Shown here: positions 9,645-17,600 of the stretch, one piece after another | How positions within the stretch are numbered: position 1 is the stretch's first letter | Layout: each line of letters begins with the position of its first letter | Source: a virus | Direction: 5' to 3' (one strand) | Length of the DNA: 64,000 nucleotides | IMG/VR virus record: IMGVR_UViG_3300008954_000022 | Location: 1 to 64,000 of that record | Notes under the pieces: generated by a model | Seen by the model: only the letters and a program-made list of their open reading frames with translations | The model's database searches: none | Told to the model about the DNA's origin: nothing | Translations under genes and position numbers: made by a program

Positions 9645-12146
9645 ATGGCATCAACACAGAGAGTCCTGTCAGGTTCTCAGTCTAAGGGAAGTCAGGCAAT
9701 CCTGGTCTACCCGCCCTCTCTATCCGGAACCACAGCAATAGACCAATATCGGCAGGGAATCAACTGTCGCACGATGGATCACCTGTATGGATTCATAGGG
9801 CTTAAGCCGGCACCTATTAATGACCCCATCAAGATTGTCGACGGACAGAGAATGGAGACGTATAGATTCTATAATGATCTAGACGCGCCGAGCAACATGG
9901 CTTTGTCCTCCAGCCGACCTGAGTCCGGATCTGTAGAGGCTTCCTTTAACACCAGCACAGCTACGGTCGATACAGGCATATTCTCAAAGAACACCAACAG
10001 TGCTGTGGGTGATGCTGCTACGACGTCTAATAAGTGGGTGGTGTTGGGTGGAAGTGATACGACGAGGTACTTGAGTACTGTGGGATCACACGGAGGAATT
10101 AGAGCTAACAGCCTCCAGGACAAGGTGACAGTCAAGTATCGTGTGATCCGTGGCAACACAGCAGGAGGATCCGAGGGTGTCATCACATGGACGGGTGGTA
10201 ACATGTCCAATCCTCCCGAAGCAGACGAGGACCTACAGCTCCAGGTAAGGCTCGACCTCGATGCGGATACGGGTGGTAACCAGTGGTCACCAATTAAGAT
10301 ACACTCTCTGTCAAATACGACCGCTGGCGTGGCACTCTCTGTCACAGAGTCCCTAGGGTCTTACGGGCCCGGCCCCTGGAGCGTGAGGTGGATACAGACA
10401 AATCACAGCTCCGGATCAGCCGATACCTGGGCTCTGACTGATATCTCTATTGAGGTTAACTCACCCATTCGCGAGCCCAAGTGGGGCGTGAAATCCCTCC
10501 CACAGCTGGATACCTCCACCCGATCCTCTGGCCTGGGTGTAGCAATCAATCACGCCAGGGATCAGCGTGACCTCGGCCAGGCGATGTACGTCTACCAGGA
10601 CGGCCGTGAGTACAACGACCTGATGACCACCAACGGTGCTGATATTGTTCGAACACCGCCTCTCAATCTAGTTGTGCCTGAGATGATGGTTGATGCGTCT
10701 GCACGCAGCCTAATGGACGGTGTAATGGAGGTGTTTCCAATCAGAGGCCTCGCAGATCGATCCTCAATTGAGCTGCCCTACACCGCGCGCGGCATACGAG
10801 CTGATATGTGCACAGAGGATGTTTTCAGGCAGTCGTCCCTTATGGACCAGCAGTACGATCCCAATGAGAAGGGCGTGGACATGTACTTCGATGGAGTTGA
10901 GACTTTTGGTCTAGACCTATTGGAGCCGACCTTCCAGGCCTTCAATCCCCAGGAGGACGACGAGACCTTTGCGGACAGGCTTCCTGTTGGTGCAACATCC
11001 ACAGGCCCAGTCACAATGCAGGGATTGTTCGCACCCAGAACTAATCAACTTGAGCCCTTTAAGGAGGGGTCGGACGCGTACATAAGGATAGCGGGTATCA
11101 CAGACGAGCAGATTGTCAACGAGCACCCGGCCACAGCAACAGTTTTTATTGGGGGGAGTGATGCATCGTCCCCCATTTCGATAGTAAATCTCACCGTTTC
11201 CAGCGGCACCGGTGCCTCCGGGATGGCAGAGGGTGAGCGCATCATCATCCGAGCCGACTGGCTCAATCCGCATCTCGGTGGATATGAAATGCGGAAGAGG
11301 ACCTATAGGATCGTTGATGAGGAGCTCTCAACCGTCTCTACCGGGACTGTGCTGTCGGCCGACTCAGACACGGGTTCTGCCACAACCGCGAATGCTGGTG
11401 ACATCGCTGTCGCAATCAAGGTGACAGGGTCCTCCCTGGACACTCAGAATGAGTTTCTGGTCCAGCTTAAGGCTGCCATTGAGAATCCCAAAGGCCACGG
11501 CTCCTCGATAATTGTTGGTGATGCGCCGACTGCCGCCGGCGCCCAGTCCCTTTCACTAACACGATCTGACAACGTCGCGTGGGTCTACAATCCGGCCAGT
11601 AACGTGGGCAATCTTGAAGTCGACATGGGGGTGCCCTACACCAACTCAACAGTCACAATCGTCTCGACAGACGGGACCTCCAGGGTGTACACCATGGCCG
11701 CCCCCGGAGTTGCACCAAATCCTCTAGCAAATCCTCCCACTTTTGGTGGGGCGGTCCCGCTGGCCGTCGCTATATCCCTTCGTAGCGCGATTGAAGCTCC
11801 GACTGGCACTGGAGGCGCCGGCGGTCACGGTGGCAGGATTACTGTGTCACTTCCAGCGCTGTCCTCTCTGCTGACCTTAACACAGGCAAACGCCGGCCCG
11901 GAAGGAAACACCACAGTAACTTACGCCGAAGCGCCAGGGAAGCCCGTTGCCGCCGCGGCAACATCCTTCACAGGGGGCATGTCCGGTGGTCTGGTAGACG
12001 GAATAATGACGACAGCTCTGGCAGCAATGACAGGCTCAGCCCAGGATCGCCTCAAGAGAAACCATGTTTCCGCCGGAGCAGGTTTTGTGTATATTGGTAT
12101 GGATAAGGGCACAGACTCCATCGCATTCGGAGGCCTCAAGAAGTAG
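9645..12146 (+). CDS. Virion structural protein with Reelin-repeat-like domain and two nested insertion modules
   Basis: 833-aa ORF (TAG-ATG junction); PEADEDLQLQ...W...VRWIQ...DTWALTDISI; STDGT-type module near the C-terminus. Confidence 0.6.
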   Translation: MASTQRVLSGSQSKGSQAILVYPPSLSGTTAIDQYRQGINCRTMDHLYGFIGLKPAPINDPIKIVDGQRMETYRFYNDLDAPSNMALSSSRPESGSVEASFNTSTATVDTGIFSKNTNSAVGDAATTSNKWVVLGGSDTTRYLSTVGSHGGIRANSLQDKVTVKYRVIRGNTAGGSEGVITWTGGNMSNPPEADEDLQLQVRLDLDADTGGNQWSPIKIHSLSNTTAGVALSVTESLGSYGPGPWSVRWIQTNHSSGSADTWALTDISIEVNSPIREPKWGVKSLPQLDTSTRSSGLGVAINHARDQRDLGQAMYVYQDGREYNDLMTTNGADIVRTPPLNLVVPEMMVDASARSLMDGVMEVFPIRGLADRSSIELPYTARGIRADMCTEDVFRQSSLMDQQYDPNEKGVDMYFDGVETFGLDLLEPTFQAFNPQEDDETFADRLPVGATSTGPVTMQGLFAPRTNQLEPFKEGSDAYIRIAGITDEQIVNEHPATATVFIGGSDASSPISIVNLTVSSGTGASGMAEGERIIIRADWLNPHLGGYEMRKRTYRIVDEELSTVSTGTVLSADSDTGSATTANAGDIAVAIKVTGSSLDTQNEFLVQLKAAIENPKGHGSSIIVGDAPTAAGAQSLSLTRSDNVAWVYNPASNVGNLEVDMGVPYTNSTVTIVSTDGTSRVYTMAAPGVAPNPLANPPTFGGAVPLAVAISLRSAIEAPTGTGGAGGHGGRITVSLPALSSLLTLTQANAGPEGNTTVTYAEAPGKPVAAAATSFTGGMSGGLVDGIMTTALAAMTGSAQDRLKRNHVSAGAGFVYIGMDKGTDSIAFGGLKK

Positions 12147-12149
12147 GAT

Positions 12150-14684
12150 ATGGCTAAGGTCAAGTTAAGTAAGAAGTTAACAGGAGCCCGTTTCGACACC
12201 AACTTCCAGGTGTCCTCGGGCATCGAGGGTAGGTCCCACGTGGGTCGGCTGCACTACACAGCAGCCAACTCCCTGGTTGCCCACTGGAGATTCACAGTTG
12301 ACGGAGCTCCGCACAGACTTCCACTGCACAGTGGAAGCATCAGGGACCTCTCCGGAAATAGTCACCGCGGCACATATACAAGTGATGGCTCAGAGACGAG
12401 CTTCAAGGCCTGGGGACACGTTGCGGCCACTGCTACTGTGACTTTCGTCGGTGTACCGGACAACGATGAGAACATCACGATCATCTCCACTAACAACACT
12501 GCCAGAACGTACACGAAGGCCGCCAGTGAACTCCTCACCACGGGATCACACTTCGCTGGTGCCACTCCAGCCCTATTAGCTACCAGTTTAAGGGACTGCA
12601 TCAACGCGGCCGCCGGTCACCCGAATGAGATAACTGCAACGTCCACCGGTGGAGTCGTGACACTCACACAGGATTTGAGTGGGTACGGTGGCAACACAAC
12701 GATAACCCACAACATGTCCCCAGAGGGTTCTGCTACGAACTTCACGGGAGGCAACAGCAATCCCACCAGCACATCTGTCCCCGGCCTAACCTTCGCTAGC
12801 GGTACCCGCCCAGGATACGACGTCCTGGTGAGTCCACACTCCGGAACACACGTCGCTAGCGACCCACCCCCACTCGCTGCCAGTTTTCCGTCAACGACAC
12901 CCTATGTCACCATTGCGCCTGATCTCAGAGCATCCAGTAACTTTCACTTCATAACCGAGAATATTGGCTCACCCCAGGACATCACGAAGGACAAGCCGTT
13001 CTCATTCGCAACGTGGCTCAAGACGACTGATACATCCTTTGGAATCTTCGCGTTCCAGGACCCCCTCAATCCGGACAACCACGGTCACAGGTTCTACTAC
13101 GATGCAACTTCCCTGCACCTCTCCCTAAGGGACGGCCCAGCGATCACAGATGAGTTTCACGTCTACACGGGACCTGTTAGCTCACTAGTGCCCACTAATA
13201 CCTGGGCCCATGTGGCGGTGACCTATGATGGATCTGGCGGGCCCACCCTCCTTTCTCACGTCTCTGCCAGTGACGCGGAAACTAACTACAACGGAATGTA
13301 TGAGGGATCGGGCATTCGAATCTACGTTAACGGCTCGCGCCTCCATGATATGGGTGGAACCCGCTCGGGAACTAAAAATAATCTCTGGTTCAACGGCGAT
13401 GGCATTGAAAGCTCAACCTACACGTCTCCCACACCGACGTGGTTACACGGATCTGAGGCAGCGACTGCCACTGTGACATTCACGGGTGTGCCAACCAACG
13501 GCGACACGATCACAATTACTTCCACTGATGGAACGACCAAGGCCTATGTTAAGGGAGCAGCGCAGGATCTCACCGCTGATCCCTGTGTGTTTCACGGGGC
13601 CAACGCCAGCGCAGCGGCCACTTCCCTCAAGCTGTGTATCTTAGATGCCGAGGGCGGTCACAACGGCAAGATTACTGTATCCGGTCCGGACGCGGGAGCG
13701 CTAATACTAACACAGGCCATCGCCGGAGGTGCAGGGAACACGCACATAGTGACAAATGCAGTCTCCGGAACTCCTGTCCCCATTACAGTAACGAACCCTG
13801 TTCCATTAGCGCAAAGAACCCGCACAGGCCAAGGTGCCTATCGCTATAACAATCCTGGTTTTACCGGGGGACACGACCAGCAGCAGCTGATCCTCGGGCG
13901 CGGTCGGCCCGCTTTGACAGGTTCCTACGGACTCCCATACACGGGACTCATGTTCGAGCCCGCCCTGTGGTCCAAACAGCTTAGGGATGAGGACGTTCGA
14001 GCCCTCTACCACGCGGGCCTCAAGGGTGTGAGGCAGTACAGGAAGCAGTCGGGATTCCTCGGTCTCCCCCCCCGCGTGGAGATTAGAGATAGGGACAATC
14101 AGCTTGGTGCTTATCCGACGATCTCCAGGCCTGGGTCCAGGGACTTCTCCGGCCGATTCACCACCCAGTATGACGACTCCACAGCCAATGAGTTTCTCTC
14201 CGGATACGCGTCAGCCAACATAAAATTCCTCAGAAATCCCAAAAGTACAACGAGAATAGCGCTGACAGGATCACACGGCCTGGATGGGTCGCCTGCCACA
14301 GTGAAGGAGTTCGAGTGGTCCCACAGCCCATCTCACTCTGTTACTATAATAGGCGCCGGCCGAGTCCCAGTTCGTAGGCACAGGCGAACGGCCCTAGCCG
14401 CACGAGAGTTTGTCAAGCAGGTCAATGAGCTAACAGGCACTCTGGGTATCTACGCGTCCCTGTCCGGCAAGACAGTAAGCCTCTCCCAGATGATTCCTGG
14501 AAAATCAGGTAACACCAGAATCGTTCTAACAAATGTCACAGGAACGTTCGATGTAAGTCAGCGTCACCATAAGTGGAGGGCCCTGGACCCGGGTGTTGTC
14601 GATGTGACGTCAGACGCCGGCCGAGATCCGGGCAAAGAGTCGTTAGGGTTAAGTGGTGGCAATTTTTGGATTCTGACAGGATAA
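12150..14684 (+). CDS. LamG-domain baseplate/fibre protein, N-terminal part; frame continues past TAA into 14685..20414
   Basis: LamG motifs LVAHWRF, DLSGN, FSFATWLK, WAHVAVTYDG, IYVNG, ALWSKQLRDEDVRALY; three insertion modules; ends at TAA 14682-14684 in the same frame as the next ORF. Confidence 0.7.
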   Translation: MAKVKLSKKLTGARFDTNFQVSSGIEGRSHVGRLHYTAANSLVAHWRFTVDGAPHRLPLHSGSIRDLSGNSHRGTYTSDGSETSFKAWGHVAATATVTFVGVPDNDENITIISTNNTARTYTKAASELLTTGSHFAGATPALLATSLRDCINAAAGHPNEITATSTGGVVTLTQDLSGYGGNTTITHNMSPEGSATNFTGGNSNPTSTSVPGLTFASGTRPGYDVLVSPHSGTHVASDPPPLAASFPSTTPYVTIAPDLRASSNFHFITENIGSPQDITKDKPFSFATWLKTTDTSFGIFAFQDPLNPDNHGHRFYYDATSLHLSLRDGPAITDEFHVYTGPVSSLVPTNTWAHVAVTYDGSGGPTLLSHVSASDAETNYNGMYEGSGIRIYVNGSRLHDMGGTRSGTKNNLWFNGDGIESSTYTSPTPTWLHGSEAATATVTFTGVPTNGDTITITSTDGTTKAYVKGAAQDLTADPCVFHGANASAAATSLKLCILDAEGGHNGKITVSGPDAGALILTQAIAGGAGNTHIVTNAVSGTPVPITVTNPVPLAQRTRTGQGAYRYNNPGFTGGHDQQQLILGRGRPALTGSYGLPYTGLMFEPALWSKQLRDEDVRALYHAGLKGVRQYRKQSGFLGLPPRVEIRDRDNQLGAYPTISRPGSRDFSGRFTTQYDDSTANEFLSGYASANIKFLRNPKSTTRIALTGSHGLDGSPATVKEFEWSHSPSHSVTIIGAGRVPVRRHRRTALAAREFVKQVNELTGTLGIYASLSGKTVSLSQMIPGKSGNTRIVLTNVTGTFDVSQRHHKWRALDPGVVDVTSDAGRDPGKESLGLSGGNFWILTG

Positions 14685-17600
14685 GCAGATGGGATTCACT
14701 TTCCGTTCAATCTCCCCCAAGGTCACACAGGTATACCATTCGCAACTCCCAATACCACAACCACAATGTTCGGACCCGGAAGATCGCACAGAAGCTCATT
14801 CGATCCTCGCCGTCGGTCTGATAATCCTGAGAGTCTAGGAGCTTTCACTGAAGCACATCTATTTGCACAGTTTGGTCACACACCAGTGCGTGCCTCAGAT
14901 ATCACAACCGGGAGTTCAGCAGGCGACAATCCCAATCTCACCTGGGACAGTCGATACACTGTGGACGAGGAGTTGAATTCAGGCTTTTACATGACAGGAT
15001 CAGATCCTGAAATAGTTGGCCCTGGATTATCTGCTCCGTTGTGGGACAAGCACAAGATAGAGATTGATCTAACACCGTCGACAACAACAGAAGTACAGCA
15101 CCAAAACTGGAACTCCCAATCTCTGGGTTTCTACCACGATGCCCCCAATCAGACGCTCTACGGCCCAATGATGTACTTTAACTTTAACGAGCAAAAGTGG
15201 GAGAGGATTGGAACACACGAGGCACACCCCCTCCCTACAGACCCAATTCCCGCTTCCCAGCGAGGGAACCTCACTGAGGAACAGGCTCGCTTGCGACTGT
15301 GGCTGGACAGGACAATGGTGGGCTTCGGTCAATCTACACAGATCTTCACTGGTGATTCCGACGACCGCCAGGCTTCATCGCCAAAGTCGCCGAACTCAGA
15401 TCCCGCAAAGAAGATCTTTCTGACCACAGGCATGGCGCAGCCGACCAACACGTTTGGGTTTCCCTTTCATCCAAAGTTTGCTGCGACAGGATCCCAGGTG
15501 TTCAACGTGTCCAGTGTGATTGACCGACCGTTCTTGGTTGAGAAGGTGGTGTACGAGTTCTCAGCCTCGCTATCGAATAAGACCACGTCTGCAGACAGCA
15601 ACCCTTTTACAAGGCACCCTGAGGGTGTCACTTTCTTTATCCTGAATCAGCGCGCAGGAAATATAGATCCGGGTATTGAGAACAGGGCAGTAATGGTGAG
15701 GGTGAGCGATACATCTCCCACCGGCAGTGATGGAAGCCCAGCCCCGGGTACAGAGACCCTCGAGATACCCTATTCCGGAACTATCCCAGGTGTGTGGCAG
15801 CTCTCTCCCCCGCTATCTGCGTACGGATACGGTGAGGGATACAGCTTCACGACCCTCGCAGGCACGACTGCAACGTCGGGATCGACAACAACTGTGACAG
15901 GTGTGTCTACCAGTTTTCTCAGTGAGCTGAAAGTGGGTGACAGCATTCAGCTAGTTCCCAGGGACGAGGAGGCGACAGCAACAGTATCTGTATCAGACGG
16001 AGATAGAAACCTGACCACAGCGTCCGGCGAGGGGAGAAAGATAACCATCACCTCCACCGATGGAACGACGAGGGTCTATCGAGTAGTTGATAGCAACCTC
16101 TCCGCCATCGCCACGGGAGCTGTGTTAGCAGCCAACTCCGACACCGGTGCGGGTACAACAGCGGACGCCGGCGACATTGCAGTCTCAGTCCCCGTTAATG
16201 GAAGCCCAGGAAAGCAAAATGCTCTCCTGGTCCAGCTCAAGGACGCAATTGAGGACGAAAACGGACACGACGGTAAGATTGTGGTGGGAGCTGTTCCGTC
16301 TCAGGCTGATGGAAAGCAGTCAATAACACTGACCCAGTTGACAATAGGTACCGGCGGCGGTGCATCTAGGGGCGTCACAGAGATAGTTGAGGACTTTTCG
16401 GACGCGGCCAACCAAGGGTGTCTCTCAGTAACAAATTTCGAGGTCGCAGATCTCAAGTCCAATGTCGTGACCCGAATTAACAGCGACACAGAGCTCCTTG
16501 TGAGCGCACCCGCCACCGCTGCAACTGCAATATTGACATTCACGGGAACGCAGGTAGCTGACACGTTCATGGTGATCAAGTCAACAGATGGGACTCAGGT
16601 GACCTATTCAGCGGGCACTGAAACGACAATAAGCTTTTCGGACATGCAGTTTCAGGGCAATGTGAGTGCTGTGGTCTCTGCAAAGGCGCTCCAGGAGTGT
16701 ATTGAGTCTAAAGCGGGACACGGAGGCAAGATACGTGTGCACCGTGCGGGCGCTGTTCTCACTCTCACCATGGTACAGGCAGGTCAAATACACACTCTTC
16801 ATTCCGGCAATTTTGCCATTGATATCCTCACCGGCAATCTGGCCAATGTTACGATCACACAGCAGTGGAAAGACGGCCAAGACGCCGGCATTGCAGGCGG
16901 CACAAGAACGGGATCCACGACCTCGTACATTCGTAGAATAATTCCTGTCAAGTATGATAATGTCGACACTGTGAGAGACCTGGTGACCTTTAGTCGCCTA
17001 GCAACAATGTCGAGCAAGGACAGTCTCGATCTCAAGGACGATTTTGAGAAGTATGTGGTTGACCCTAGACGTGACGCAGATCTCACAGTCGACTCACCCA
17101 CCAGCTGGTCCCATCAGAAGCTGACACTAGCAGCACCCTGCAGGGCACCCTCCCTCAGCCCGGGTGCGTCTACATTTGATGTAGGGGGCAACTTTATTGA
17201 TATCGATGGAGATGACGATGAGGATCGTCTTCTCATTAGGTATATCAACGGCTCGAGGAACGGTATGGGAATCCCAACCGGTCGATCGCCTCGTGGTGGA
17301 GAGTTTAGTGGCTTCTCTAAGCAGTATGAGCTCACCTCCGGCGATAAGGCCTTTAGACTCTTCTCACCCACAACTGATAATGTCGTCTCACCCTACCTAC
17401 TCAAACCAGGTGACAAGCTGGTCTTCGGATTCCAGGCACCGCTAGCGTACTCTGTCTACAACACAGGTCCCAAATTTCTCGTCCATCCCGGCGCCGGAAA
17501 GCTCGTCTTGTACGGATCAGTCCTGAGGAATGATCACGAGTTAACGCCTGAGAGCAATCAGCCCCTAACATCAGAGGCTGTGCATGAGTCGCTTATTTTG

